From Candidatus Omnitrophota bacterium (lineage in GTDB: Bacteria > Omnitrophota > Omnitrophia > Omnitrophales > Aquincolibacteriaceae): a stretch of 64,000 nt of DNA. Where the stretch lies: assembly GCA_043732705.1 (NCBI GenBank), contig JAYTHE010000025.1, positions 315-64,314 on the forward strand, written 5' to 3'. The notes under the pieces were generated by a model that had not been told where the DNA came from, searched no databases, and saw only the letters and a program-made list of their open reading frames with translations. Positions 18,303-31,000 of the stretch are shown here, piece by piece. The translations under genes were made by a program, and so were the position numbers. Each line of letters starts with the position of its first letter. Position 1 is the stretch's first letter.

Positions 18303-18722
18303 TTACTTCGCTTGCTTCAGCTTTTGATTAAGGTATCCGCCCTGAATCACCGGATAAGCAATGGTATCGCTCTCGTATTTACCTTCTTCACGCATGCGTG
18401 TCGTGATCGCGAGAAAAACGGAATCTTCGGTAAATTTTTGCGCATGCGCAACAAGCGGCGGGGTTTTGACGATATCACCCGGCTTCACATGGATAATTAG
18501 CATCTCTTCAGGCTTATCCAAAGGATGCGAATAGCTGTCATAAGCTCCGCTGACCAAATAGATATATTGCAAATCTTCTTTGTGATAATGATTCGCACGC
18601 ACGGAACCTTTTTTGGAAGTTATCAAAGCAATATGACGCGACTCGCCTTCGAAAACATTATAAATATCACCGCGGTCATCATGAAAAGCTGAGCCAATAT
18701 GTTTAACAGTTTCCAATTCCAT
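18303..18722 (-). CDS. Cupin-fold protein, likely an FdtA/WxcM-like sugar 3,4-ketoisomerase.
   Basis: 139 aa. RANHYHKEDLQYIYLVSGAY...HVKPGDIV are cupin motifs. Sits in a sugar-modification context. Confidence 0.5.
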   Translation of the reverse strand: MELETVKHIGSAFHDDRGDIYNVFEGESRHIALITSKKGSVRANHYHKEDLQYIYLVSGAYDSYSHPLDKPEEMLIIHVKPGDIVKTPPLVAHAQKFTEDSVFLAITTRMREEGKYESDTIAYPVIQGGYLNQKLKQAK

Positions 18723-18765
18723 TTTTACTCCTGTTTTGAGTCGTGTGTCGTGAGTCTTGAGAAAA

Positions 18766-19119
18766 TCACAATTTTTTGACCAATGTTTGAATCATTTTGC
18801 ACAAATATTCGATTTCAGTCATAACAAGCTGATAATCAGAGACATTTAAATAGTTTTGCCGCTTACATATTTCAATTTGCGTTTCAACTTCACCGCTTGA
18901 GCCAAGTGCGATGCTCAGAAAATTCCTGTACTCTTTCCTATGCTTGCGTCTAAAACCTTCGGCTATATTACTTGGAATTGAAACTGCGGCACGACGTAAC
19001 TGCGATATTAAATTAAAATTTTCATGTGAAGGAAATTTTTCTGTGACTTTATAAATAAGATCAACTACGTCCATTGCCTTTTGCCAAATCCGTAAATCGC
19101 GAAACGATTGAATGCTCAA
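18766..19119 (-). CDS. Four-helix-bundle protein (TIGR02436, 23S rRNA intervening-sequence protein family).
   Basis: FRDLRIWQKAMDVVDLIYKVTEKFP...QLRRAAVSIPSNIAEGF. Confidence 0.75.
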   Translation of the reverse strand: MSIQSFRDLRIWQKAMDVVDLIYKVTEKFPSHENFNLISQLRRAAVSIPSNIAEGFRRKHRKEYRNFLSIALGSSGEVETQIEICKRQNYLNVSDYQLVMTEIEYLCKMIQTLVKKL

Positions 19120-19136
19120 GACTCATCCCTCCCGAC

Positions 19137-20198
19137 TCACGACTTCTCTTGAAACCAGGTGATCGTGCGCTTCAATCCCGTATCAAGATCATATTTAGGT
19201 TTAAAGCCGGTGATTTTTGTAATTTTTGAAATATCCGGACAGCGGCGCTTCGGATCGCTGTTTGCATACACTTCATGCGGCGGATCGATGTTGACGATGT
19301 CCACCTTAAACGGCATGTTCTGCACAACCTTCTTAGCGAGTTCTTTAACCGAAATTTCAGGATCGGGATTACCGATATTAAAAGGTTCGCCGTTTTCTTC
19401 ACAAAAGAGCACCCGGAAAATACCTTCAATTTGATCGTTGATATAACAGAAAGAGCGGGTATTGCGGCCCTCACCATGAATCGGCAGCGGCTCCTTGCGT
19501 AAAGCATGCTCAATAAAGTTCGGCAGCACGCGGTAATCATCGGGACGAATACCGGGACCGTAAACGTTGAAAGGCCGCACCATTTTGGCCGGAACACCGT
19601 AAACTTTCCAATAAGCTTCGCACATGGTTTCACCGAAGCGCTTCGATTCATCGTAACAAGCGCGGGCGCCTAAAACCGAGACATTACCGCGATAACCTTC
19701 TGCGGTCGGAACATGTTTGGGATCGGGATCGCCATAAACTTCGCTGGAACTCATAAAAACAAAGCTCTTCACCTCTTTCGCACGCGCGAGATCAAGCATC
19801 TGGCGTGTGCCGACAGTGCCGACATCCATGGTTTCAATCGGAAACTTGGTGTAATAGGCGGGCGATGCAATGCCTGCGGCATGAATAATATAGTCAATTT
19901 TTTCATCCGTCTTAAAAGGCTCAATGACGTTATGCTTAATAAATTTGATATTTTGGTCGGAAATAATTTCCTGCTCATAACCGGTAATAAAGTTGTCGAG
20001 TAAAATAGCTTTAAGGGGTTCGGTTAAAACGCGTTCGTTCAGATGCTTGAGGAGCAGAACCACATACTTCCCGAGAAAACCACCCGCGCCCGTCAGCAGA
20101 AAAGTCTTACCGGAAAAAAACTTGTGGTGATCTTTTAAAGATTTGGCGAGCAGCTCAATATCTTCCTGAATGATTTTGGACTTAATCGATCGCTTCAT
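19137..20198 (-). CDS. NAD-dependent epimerase/dehydratase, UDP-glucuronate decarboxylase (UXS)-like.
   Basis: FLLTGAGGFLGKYVV...YDESKRFGETMCEAY. Rossmann GxxGxxG motif and YxxxK catalytic dyad. Confidence 0.7.
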   Translation of the reverse strand: MKRSIKSKIIQEDIELLAKSLKDHHKFFSGKTFLLTGAGGFLGKYVVLLLKHLNERVLTEPLKAILLDNFITGYEQEIISDQNIKFIKHNVIEPFKTDEKIDYIIHAAGIASPAYYTKFPIETMDVGTVGTRQMLDLARAKEVKSFVFMSSSEVYGDPDPKHVPTAEGYRGNVSVLGARACYDESKRFGETMCEAYWKVYGVPAKMVRPFNVYGPGIRPDDYRVLPNFIEHALRKEPLPIHGEGRNTRSFCYINDQIEGIFRVLFCEENGEPFNIGNPDPEISVKELAKKVVQNMPFKVDIVNIDPPHEVYANSDPKRRCPDISKITKITGFKPKYDLDTGLKRTITWFQEKS

Positions 20199-20340
20199 GG
20201 AACCCCTTTTAATAAGACCTTGGAAGGACGCATTATATCGATACCTATCTCGGAACGCAATCCTAGGGTTTCCTACTCACTCTTAATTATTCTTGGAAGC
20301 TCTAATTTTCATAAAACAGAAACTGAGGTTTTATTTTTAC

Positions 20341-20526
20341 AGTATCCCTCGCTGACGCGAGTTTTGAGCGAAGCATCAACTGTTTGAGCGTCAGTGAGGG
20401 ATACTCGGCCCGTCCGGCTGCGGAGGACAGAAGGCATGCGCCGATTGAGCTAAGTCTCATCCGATTTGTTTCTGAGATGAGACACAGCGCTGAGCCTTAT
20501 TTTAAAATGTCGCACCCCGACATTTT
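20341..20526 (+). promoter_or_regulatory. Hairpin-rich leader/intergenic region: three strong stem-loops plus a possible TTGACA -35 at 20549.
   Basis: H1 gtatccctcgctgacgc...gcgtcagtgagggatac (16 bp, one mismatch). H2 gtctcatc-N14-gatgagac. H3 aaaatgtcg-caccc-cgacatttt. Then ccTTGACAgg-N17-taaaaa-N6-ATG. Confidence 0.4.
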
Positions 20527-20583
20527 AACCTTGCCGAAGCACTAGTCCTTGACAGGGTGAAAGACGTCGTCTAAAAAGAACCC

Positions 20584-21843
20584 ATGCAATTCTTAAAAAA
20601 TCCCGCGAATTTAAAGAAAGCCGCCCTTTTCGCCTTGGCGGTGTTTCTCCTGATTCTGGGCGTTGTCACCGTTTTTCGCGCGGCTTTGTTTGCCGTTTCA
20701 CGAACGGACCTTACTGTTTATCTTCGTGCAAGCGAAGCTGTTTATACGGGCGCGGGCATTTACGATGTGCCCAATGCCCGGCAATGGCATTATGTTTATC
20801 TTCCTTTGCTTGCGCTTCTGCTCACTCCCCTGACAGTTTTACCGCTTTGGCTGAGCGCCGCAATTTGGTATTTAACCTCCGTCGCCGCATTCATCGGAAC
20901 TTTCCTGGGCTTGCAAAGTTTGTTTCCCAAACAACCTAAGTACTTCTGGATTATTTTATGCGCTTTTATCTTGGCCCTTCCACCGATACTCAACACCCTC
21001 ACACGCGGACAACTCGGCGGAATCAGTCTTTATCTGACCTTGCTTGTTTTCTTGCTCGATTATCGCGGCAAAAAATTTTGGGCGGGATTCGTGCTTGGGT
21101 TTGCCATTATTCTCAAAATGAGCCCGCTGTTAATTCTACCGTTTTATTTCCTTTTGCACCGGAACTGGCGCGCGCTGTGGGGCTGCTTTTGGGGCGGTTT
21201 GGTTTTCGGAATTCTCTTTCCTTCGGTTATTTTAACTCCCCAGCGCAACTGGGAATTTTTACTGCATTATTTCAAAATTTTATCCGAAGGCTCAAGTGAT
21301 CTCGGCTGGAAACATTATTTATGGCATGAACTTTTTACGCCTTTTGCGGAAGATAATCAGTCTTTTTACGCGGTCATCACCCGTCTTGTTTGGAAAAACC
21401 AGGAAAATATCGCAAATCATTCCAATACTTTGATTCGCGGCCTCAACCTCGGTTTGTTATTGGCTCTTCTGGGACTCGTAACTTGGGCTGTCACCCGCGG
21501 AAAAAATTTCGCAACTTTTCAGTTTTCGGCTTTTAAAGGCAAGGCTTGGACTCATGTCAGCAAGTTCACGGAATTCAGTTTACTATCCATGGTCATGCTT
21601 TTTGCTTCACCTGTTACTCAGCCCCACCATTACACACCACTCGTATTGCTCGGCACCGCTGCTTTTTTAAATATGGAAACTCATCCGTCACTCAAAAAAA
21701 TGCTTTGGAGTTGCATGATTATTTGTTTGATTTGTTTCGCGTTGGGAATGCTACTCGAGCCGCTGGGGGTCCTAGGTTTTCCGCTTTGGGGCAGTCTTCT
21801 GCTTTGGCTTGCGGTCCTCGGCACACGCTTCAAAACTGCCTGA
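20584..21843 (+). CDS. Polytopic membrane protein, GT87/DUF2029-like GT-C glycosyltransferase.
   Basis: 419 aa with more than 10 TM helices. N-terminal loop YTGAGIYDVPNARQWHYVYLPLLALLL is typical of the DUF2029 family. Confidence 0.55.
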   Translation: MQFLKNPANLKKAALFALAVFLLILGVVTVFRAALFAVSRTDLTVYLRASEAVYTGAGIYDVPNARQWHYVYLPLLALLLTPLTVLPLWLSAAIWYLTSVAAFIGTFLGLQSLFPKQPKYFWIILCAFILALPPILNTLTRGQLGGISLYLTLLVFLLDYRGKKFWAGFVLGFAIILKMSPLLILPFYFLLHRNWRALWGCFWGGLVFGILFPSVILTPQRNWEFLLHYFKILSEGSSDLGWKHYLWHELFTPFAEDNQSFYAVITRLVWKNQENIANHSNTLIRGLNLGLLLALLGLVTWAVTRGKNFATFQFSAFKGKAWTHVSKFTEFSLLSMVMLFASPVTQPHHYTPLVLLGTAAFLNMETHPSLKKMLWSCMIICLICFALGMLLEPLGVLGFPLWGSLLLWLAVLGTRFKTA

Positions 21844-21905
21844 CTTCTAAACTCTTTTGTGCAATGTCATTGCGAGCCGTAAGGCGAAGCAATCTGACGC
21901 TTTTT

Positions 21906-21963
21906 GTCATTCCCGCGAAGGCGGGAATCTAGGCTGGATCCCCCCGATCAAGTCGGGGATGAC
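21906..21963. repeat. Family-1 palindromic element, copy B, between convergent genes.
   Basis: gtcattcccgcgaaggcgggaatctaggctggatccccccgatcaagtcggggatgac. First hairpin is a perfect 8-bp stem. Confidence 0.75.
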
Positions 21964-22027
21964 ACTTCGTGTCAGATCGCCGCGTCGCCCAAAAAGGGCT
22001 CCTCGCGATGACGAAAATTTTAGGACG

Positions 22028-25000
22028 CTATGCGGAAAACGCGATCACTAATTCCGCCATCAATTGCTGCGCGAACTCTGCCATCACTCTAAATTCTTTT
22101 TCTCCGAAAAACTCTTCACGCGACTTAATTTTATCTTCGGGAACTAAAAGCGCTAATGTCGGCAGCCCGGCATTTTTTGTGCTGTAAGCCGCGCGAATAA
22201 TTTTTTTATTTCCGGGCAATTTATTCAAAAACTCGGAGTAGCCGGCAATGCGGTCATGCTGCCCAAAAAAGATAACGCGTTTGTAATTTCCGCGCAAACC
22301 ACTAAAAAAATCAACCCTGTTTTCGTCCGTAAATTGCCTTTTCAATAAGTCGAAACGTTTTTGAGCTTGGGCGCTCAAAATTTTCGTTCGATTTACGCGC
22401 AAATTAATTTTGGAATTAAGCCCAAGCAATGCCACGTACTCATTAAATTGAGCTTCCGTCATTGCTCCGAGCGTTTCATCGTCTAAAATCAAAAGTGCGG
22501 AATCACTGATTTGGGTTTGTTTGAATAAACTTAAAATCATTGCGGCATGATCTTCGGACGTGAGTGGCGCGGATGTATCGCGTAACTCCGACCTTGCGAT
22601 GCCAGACTTCTCTTGATGATTTTTATAGCGCTTGGAAAACACTTCAAAAGCCCCTGCCATTCCGCGTAAACGGAACATCTCCTTGACTTGCGCCATCACG
22701 GCTTCGCGCCGTTCCGGCGGAACCATACCCAGAACAAAATCCACCGTTTCAAAATCAAATATTTCTTCTTTTGGCGGCAATGCTTCGACTGTTACTGGGT
22801 GATTACGCGAAACCATAATCAATTTATTTGATTCCTGCGATGGGAATGTAATTGTCTTTTCAAGACCCGGGCCGTTATTAATCCTGCCGCCCTTTTGGGA
22901 TACCCAAACGGCAAACATACTGGTGTCTGATATTTCCGAACTTTGAAAAACGATTTTTTCCAATTGTGGCGCTTGTTCTAAAATTGTTAGAATATTGGCG
23001 GTCTCTACCTGCCGATTGATAATCATTTCTTTCAGATTTCTGGCGGCGCTCAAATCAAACGGTATTTCATCCCATCTGCTGCCTTCGCGAATGACAAAGC
23101 GCTCCATATTTTGAGCACCATTGATCAATTTTTGAATTGCCGAAAAATCACTGCTGTCACTCCTTGCTACATAATCAAACTCTAATTCAAAATTTCTGAC
23201 TTGCGCCATATGCGGTTCAAATTCCGCTAAAAATGCGTGATCCAAATCAGCCCAATTATCAATTCTCAGGGCTAAGCTTTGTAATTCTCGGCCGCTTTTA
23301 CCCAATTGCGGCAAAATAAATTGCGCTGAACCCTGATCGACGTCTAATTTTTCTAAAAGCGGCAAATCCACAGGATTGCGTAGCACTCTAGAACTAGAGG
23401 GTTTATCTATAACTAATTCGGTTAGAGTATTCGCAAACTCATGAATCCACATCCGGCCAAAAACATTTGTTTTCTCTGTCGTCCTTATAATCAATCGTTT
23501 AATGGGAAATCGTAAATTTTGAATGAGTTTTTCAACCACATCGGTAAAATTTCCGCCTAAATTGGTCTTATCAAATCCCAATGAATGAATCTTACGGCCT
23601 CTTACCGCATCAAATACTCCACGCAAAAATTTTGCATCGTATGATTGTTCGCCGAAATAAAGCGAATCAAGATTGGGCATAACATCTATAATTTTTTTAA
23701 TTTTATCGATTGTTTTCTGAGTTGTCTCGGTCATGTCTAGCTTAATGGCGCGCAACTGAGAATTTTTTATAGCATCTAACAGAAAAGAAACTGCTTTCGG
23801 ATTTTCTTGGGCGGAATAATCAAAATGATCCTCCAAAACCAGCCCCTCTACCATTGGAAATTGTCTTTTTAAGTCTGGAAGAAACTTAGAGGCAAGATAC
23901 ATCTGCCAAATTGTTAAAAAAACTTTTCCGTCTTCAGCTTTAAATAAAGCTACACCGCTAAGCTGCATTTTTGCTAGTTTTTCGTTGTACTCAGCCGCGA
24001 TTTCTTTGGCGGATTTTTCGGATACCGAAGCTGAAGATGCGACCGACGGCGGTGAAGCCGGTTTAGTTTCGGAAAATACTATTGTAACTTCATGCAATCC
24101 AAAGGCATTCGCAACGAGATCAATGAGTATTTTAAACTGTCTGCCATGAGAAAGAAGAGACTGTTTGAGTTGCTGTGCATCGGAGATATCATTAACTTTG
24201 AATGCGATTTTTTTCAAACCGGGTAAATAGTCATTGATATCGTCAATACGCTCAATTCCAATACGGTTGTCGATCGTAAGTTCTTTGAGCTGCCGGAGTT
24301 TATGCAGACCCAAAGATTCAATATCCGCTAAGCTATCGAGATGAATATCGACCAAGGTTATTTTTTCAGCGTTTGGCACGCTCTTAATGTTGAATCGAAA
24401 ACCTTCAAGATCATCGGGGCGTGTCTGAACCGTGAGTTCCTGGATACCCCCAAAATAAGCGTTCAAAGTTCTCAATAAACCCCGGGCATTGGCATTCGAC
24501 GACACAAACGATAATTCTAGTTTCTTCAAGCTTGGCGTAATCGATTCAAAAAATTTCTCCGTATTGTCTACCACCGTATCGCCTGCGGCGGCGTTTAGAA
24601 AACTGCTGGATAGCGAAAGAGTTTGGATGGGGCGGCCCTTGATTGCATTCAAAACAATTTGCACAAATGCAGGGCTGTAGTCTGCTCCTCCAAAATAAAG
24701 CGCCTTTGTTTGGGACAGCTTTTCTAAGACCGTAATTAAATAATCGCGTCCAATCGTATCACTTTCATAAGCACGGCCCGTAAAATCACTGTCTTCTAAA
24801 TAAATTGCATCAAAATCTTGACGCAAACCCAAGATAAGAGTTCCTGCTGAAAAATCCAGATTGTCATCAAAGACAATACCGTCAATCTTTGGAAACTCTT
24901 TAAGAAAATCCAGATTGTATCGTTGACTATGCACATATAACGCTTGTTGAGCTTTTAAAAATACTCGGCCGTCATGCGCCCAAAAAATAAAATGGTCGGC

Positions 25001-28000
25001 GGAAGAATCGGGCGATTTTGTCTTAATTGTCTTGAGCTGTGCATTGTATACCGCCGCGCGATCTTCGGCAGATAATGCGGACGTCGAATCTGAGGTCGAC
25101 GCCGATGTCGGTGCGGGCTTCGGCAGCTCCGAAGGTGCTGCTTCCCTCATGGCTTTTACATTTACGGTGATTTCATAAAGGTTGCCCTTAATTACAGCTG
25201 CGTTCCAAGCATTATTAATTTCTCCAAATTTTGCGGTGATCGCGTTTTGATCGAATCGATCGTGAATCGTTTTTGCAAATTGAAGCGCATCTAAGTCAGG
25301 CAATCGCTCGATTACTTTTACGGCAAGGTCAATATCGATTTCATCGGCAATGACAAGGTCAATATCGACTTCCTCGGCAATGACAAGCTCCCGCAGTTTT
25401 GGCGTCGCGGTAGCATTCAACATATTTTTCTCCATAAATATTCCAAGATTGTGCGCGCTCACCGTCAAGCTTTCAACTTGCACAAGGTTAGTTCCGATAG
25501 GCTTCAGCAACTCTGTATGAGCTGTCATAGATAGCGTCCTCAACTGGCCGCTAAACATATTGATAAACTGAGACTCAACCTTCATCGTCCCGCTAATGAT
25601 CAAATGCTCAAGGGGCCAGCGGGAATAGGCTATTTTTTCTAAAAAAGCACGGCTATAAGCGTCACGCCACTCATATAACTCAAGTGTCGTGATACGACTC
25701 GCGTTAAAATGAGGAATAATTTCAGATAAATCCCCGTCACCACCCACATCTTTATGGAAATAAACGGAATTTAATTGTTTAAGGTGATCAATGACCCATA
25801 CTAGTTTTTTCTTTGCGTCCGGGATGGAATCGTACTGCTCCTCTTCTTGAATTTCAATCGCCGTAAAATCAGATTTTACTTGGAGTATTTTTTGAACCTC
25901 ATCCAATCCAGAGGCACGATCAATAAAAATACCTTCCACATCTTCAAATTTATTTAAAAAATCGTAGGAAGCAACACGAGTGACCCCGCTCCCAACTTGC
26001 AAAAATACTTTGTCGTCGCGACTCATAAAAAAACTTTGCCCTGTCTCAACACCCTCCGTATTTAATAGCTTCAAGCGCTCATTGTATGCCGCCGCACGGG
26101 CTCGCGCATCCATTTGCGGCGCGGCGGCAGATTCAGAGGAAGCTCCCTCAGTTTTTCGAATCCAATACCTAACGCCAACAAGTTCGCTTTTTTTATCTTC
26201 CAGAAACACAGTCAAATCATTGGGTTGCTGGGCTGCACCCTCCGCTCTTTCAACAAAGTGCCGCTGTATCATCGAGTCATCCAGCAAACCATGGTCAATA
26301 AAAAGCATTCGCAAATGGGGTAATTGTGCGAGCGCATCAGGAACTTTGGTTAAGTCAAATCCAAACGCCAGCTGGATGCCACTTAAATTGAGACTTTTTA
26401 AATTTTTAAAACGCGCCAATAAAAACGTCATGTCGTCGGTATTAGAAAAACCTAAACCTTGCAAATTGAGGTCAATTATTTTTTCGGAATGCGGTATCGT
26501 TTCCAGGATATGACCGGCACCCATTTGACTATTTTCAAAAGACCAATGCGTCACATGCGGCGATCCAAACCTGCTGAGCTCTATATTCTCTTTGCTTTTT
26601 ACTTTTCTAAAGGAAACGCGAATCTCACCCTCCGGAAGCTTTTCAGCAGTGATGTCTCCGCTAATGTAATCCCCTGAACCTTTATATGAATCAATTTCTC
26701 TTTTAATTCTTGCTAACGCCTGGTTAACGTCTTCTTTTTGTGGGGTTGCTGGAATTCGATGCGCGGCTTCCGCCTCCGCATCAAGCTCAAGATAAACCTG
26801 CAGATCAGGACGCGATTTGAGTTTCATAAGAACGTCCGAATCAGCTCCATCAAAACGGACGCGAAAAACTTGAGCCGTATCTGTCTTATCAGCTCGTTCC
26901 AATTGCTCTTTAATTTCTTGTCTAGGGCCGAAAAGCTCCTTCAAATGAGAAAAACCACCAAGCGCAAGCGATAAATTACTCGTGACTTGCGGAGAATGAC
27001 TAATGGAAATATTTTCAAGTCCAGGGTTTCGTAAAGTTAAAAGCGCAACATCTTCAGCAATAACTGTTTTCTCATACACCTCGGCAATATCACATCCTTC
27101 AAAGTAACGAATAAATGACCAGTCCGTGACTCCGTCAGCCCCGAGATTGATTCTCAGCCACCCGTCTTCTTCATTTGCATCAAAAAGATTCTTTGGCATG
27201 AAGTCGGGCGCGGAAACAAACGCCGGTAAAATATTTTTCATTCGGCCTGCTGCGATTTCAGATTTTATTTTAGCGATAATTTGCAAGTTGCGTTCAAGGC
27301 GTTTCGCCGGAGTTAATTGATAAACCTCTTCAATCGGCTTGCCATCAAGCCAAGACACCGCCGCTGGAAGATGCGGGGCTTGGGCTCCGGCCAAGTTGTC
27401 CTTCAGCGGCGGCTTTTGCGCATTGCCGCCAAATGTAAAAAGCTTGCTGCCTGTGGAGCCTTGCGTGAAATTAATTCTTATAAATTTCTCTTCTCCCGCG
27501 CCTTCCTTGTAAGGCTTAATGTGGCCCAAATAATCCCGTTCTTCGCCCGGCAAACTTAATGACCGAAGCGGATTTTGAATAAAGGCTGCCAGGTAATTTA
27601 TCGCGACCGGCGGGAAATAATTATTGTTCGACACTCCCTGAATTTTAAGCGACTCCGTATATTTTAAATTCGCGAGCCAGCTCCATTCATGCGCTGGAAA
27701 AGCCTGATTAACCGCGTAAGTTATATTTGCAAGCTGCGGATTATTTTGAACAAAAGTCTGCATATCACGCGGCGTAATCGACTGGCTCAAAAATATTATT
27801 TGGCCAATCCCGCGCAATTGCATTAGCAGCTGCAGCTGTTCATCAGATAGTGCCTGCGATATTGCAAGTGCAAAACCAGCACGATCAACATGCTTGCCGC
27901 CGGCACCGCCACCGAGAGGAGCGGGTACTATATATTGGCTCATGATAAAAGTTGGCGAACCACCGCTTGGTTCAAGTTTCATTTGATTAATAATTCTTTG

Positions 28001-31000
28001 ATTGTAAGCTTCCAATTCACCGGTATCCATCTTGTAGGCCTGCTCAGGATCAAGCTGAGCAGTTGGCGGAGACGGTTGCTTTTCCTCTTTTGCGCTTTCC
28101 TCATCATCCGTCCGCATCACTTTTTTCACACGCGGATTATTGGCAAGCAAAAACCTCTCGCCCTCGGAACCTTTTTTAAGGGAATCATCCGCGAAAATAG
28201 TTGAAATTCCGCGCAAGAAAGGCAAAGCAGCTTTTTCACGTGGCCCAATACTTGTAATAAAAAGTTTCAACCCCTTCGCACCTGGTCCGTGATCGTTTGT
28301 AAATATTAAGCTCATCTCAGATGCCATCGAAGAAGACATTACGTGCATGTTGTATTGATAGAGCTCTTGCTGACTATAAGCATAAAAATCTTCCGGCTTG
28401 GTAACAGAATCAATTGGCGGTTTAGCGGCCGGTGTTGGAGATTGAGGCGACAAATGTTTCAAAACAAAATGTCCGCCGGAATACGAACCTCTAAAGCCGC
28501 CTTCATTTCTATATTCAAGCTCGAACGCTCCCGGATGTCCTTGCTCAGATTTTTCAGCATACGGCCCCAATTCTGCCACCGTTGGCATCTCAAATAGCGA
28601 TAATCCAGTTAACCGTGGCGATTGAATGAAACGCAAATTACCAAGCGGTACGTCTTGTCCGAACATGACAGTTTGCAGTTCTTTCCATTCGGCCAACCAG
28701 GGCATTTCCGGCCAAGATCTAACGTTCACTGGTCTGGGTACATATTCCAATATTCTCATTCCCGGATTGTTTTTGGCGAAAACCGCTAAACTTTCACTAT
28801 CCTGGGGTGATTCAAAAAGAACGCCATCGATTCCGCGAAACAACGGCATCATTTTTTTAATTTCTGAAGGTGTCGCGTCACGACCCACAGTCAACATGAT
28901 GATTCCATCGCCACCGTAACTGATCAGGAGATGCCCCCCCTGATTATTTCCGGTAAGAATGTTCGCGTTATAGTCAGATCGCTCTACGGTGGAATACTCA
29001 TAATAAGCATTCGGATCAGCAAGCGGCTTTGCAGTATCCAATACCGGTTTCCCATTTTGTTTAGCGGGTTGCTTGGACGCAGCAGATTTAAGTTTGTATC
29101 GCCCGCGAATAGTATCACTAATATACTCAAAACCTTCCCCGTCTCCCGCCGGCTCAATATACTGCGCAACGGTGTCGTTTTGTGGTTCAAGGTTCGAATG
29201 AAATTTTTCAAGCGGCATGTCCTTGATCCAATCGAAAACGTCTTCTAAAATTGCCCCGTACTGAATAAGCCCAAAGTCCGTTACATTGCGAAGCTCTCTG
29301 ACCCATGACAATGTTTGTATGATTTCAAAATCTTTAAAGTTAGTTGCCGTTTTAGGAGCTACATACATAAATGACTCAATGCGCGGATTATTTCGAGCAA
29401 CTTGGGTCATGGTTTCGTGCGGAAGCGCATGCGCGCTAGTATTTTTAATTGACAATAGTTCCAAGCCGCGCAATTGCTTTAAAAGTTCCAATTGTCCGTC
29501 ACTTATCGCTTTGGCGGATTCATGCAAGATAATTGATAAATTGTTTCCGGAAGTTACAAAAACCTGTCGGTCTCTTTCCGATATCACATTGAGTTGGTGG
29601 ATGATCGCCGCGTTATAAGCCGTTATTTCCGCCGCAGACATTTGATAAGCCTTTACAGGATCCGGCGCGGTGAATTGATTAGATGGCTTGGGTGTGGCAG
29701 GTTTGAATTTCTTCCAACCTAATGGACTAGTTTTGCTGTTAACTCCCTTTCCATGAACCATCGCAATATGAATTGAGCCTGGGTCTGCCACATCTGCATT
29801 TTCAAAAAAGAGAGGTTCCACTTCACCCATCTTTTCCAACTGCGTATCCGTAAAAATAAATTGTCGCGCGCCGGCTAATTGCTCCAAAGCCCAGCGCCAT
29901 CTAGAAGGATCCCGTATTTCTGCATCTTGAAAACTGACTGATGCGCGCGCAAAGATTCCACTTACATGAATGTCGCCATAAAAAATATTCATTGCAAGAA
30001 ACTCTTTAACAATCTTTTGAATCGCGGCGGGCGAGCCAGGCTGCGGCGCTTCTAGCTTCGCTTCTTGTGGCGCAATTGCAGGTTTAAGCTTCATCCACTT
30101 GAGAAATGGATCACCCTGACTAAACTCGACAACTAAAACTGCTCCTGGCTCACCTTCGTTCGCAGGCTCGAAATAGTCAAACGCTTCGGATGAGCTATCA
30201 AACGCAAATCGTCTCGCGGCCGGCAACGCCCTCAAAACGAATATCCAATCTTCGGGGTGTCTTATTTTAAAACCCACAAAGTTCACTGTCACAGTCGCGG
30301 GATCAAACATAATCTTTCGATTATCCGCAAAGAAAGCTCTGCCGTTCAATTCTTTCAATTCCCGTTCCGTCAATCTGCGATCTTCTTCCAGCCTCGCATC
30401 TTCCAACGAATGAATTTTATATTTCTCGGTTTTTCCGTCGCTGAATGTGATCAGCACCGCATCTACTGCGTCAGACCTCTGTAAATACGGTAAGCATTCG
30501 CTTTGTGTAAGCGGAACCGTTAATTTTTTTAGACCCATGGACGCAAAAGCCTTTATCGACCCCGCATCTAAACTTAACGACCGTGATTTTTTTTCTAGGC
30601 CAATTTCTTCGACATGTCTCAATTTATCAAACCAAAAGAGATTTTTGGAACCGGGAACGGCCTTAGATACATCATGGAGAATGATTGCAATGCGCGGATT
30701 GTTAACGGCAAACTCATCAAAGCCGGCAACATCACTGCGAACGTTAACCGCATGGACACCACGAAACTCTGCGAGAAGCGCAACCTGTCCCAGTGACAAA
30801 ACCCCCTCAACTTCAAGATAAACTTTACCGCCGACTAGATCAACTTTCACGCGTGTAAAATCACTCTTTCGCTTGCCATTCAAAGCTAAAATTTTATCGC
30901 GAACATCATGGTTCCATTCCATCAAAGCCGTTTTATCCATCGTATACGCCGCTTCCGGATCGGGCGCTTGGGATGGCTCGGACTGTGTTTTTTTTGCGAT

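Noticed and set aside
21546-21932. ORF ending ...FVIPAKAGI and ORF 45455..45736 ending ...[11 protein letters not shown].
   Set aside because: Their C-terminal peptides are translations of the family-1 palindromic element. They are classic repeat-derived spurious ORFs.
25321-25390. Short tandem repeats considered as a possible CRISPR array.
   Set aside because: There are only 2.5 units and no spacers, and they sit in-frame inside the giant ORF. No cas genes are in the window.
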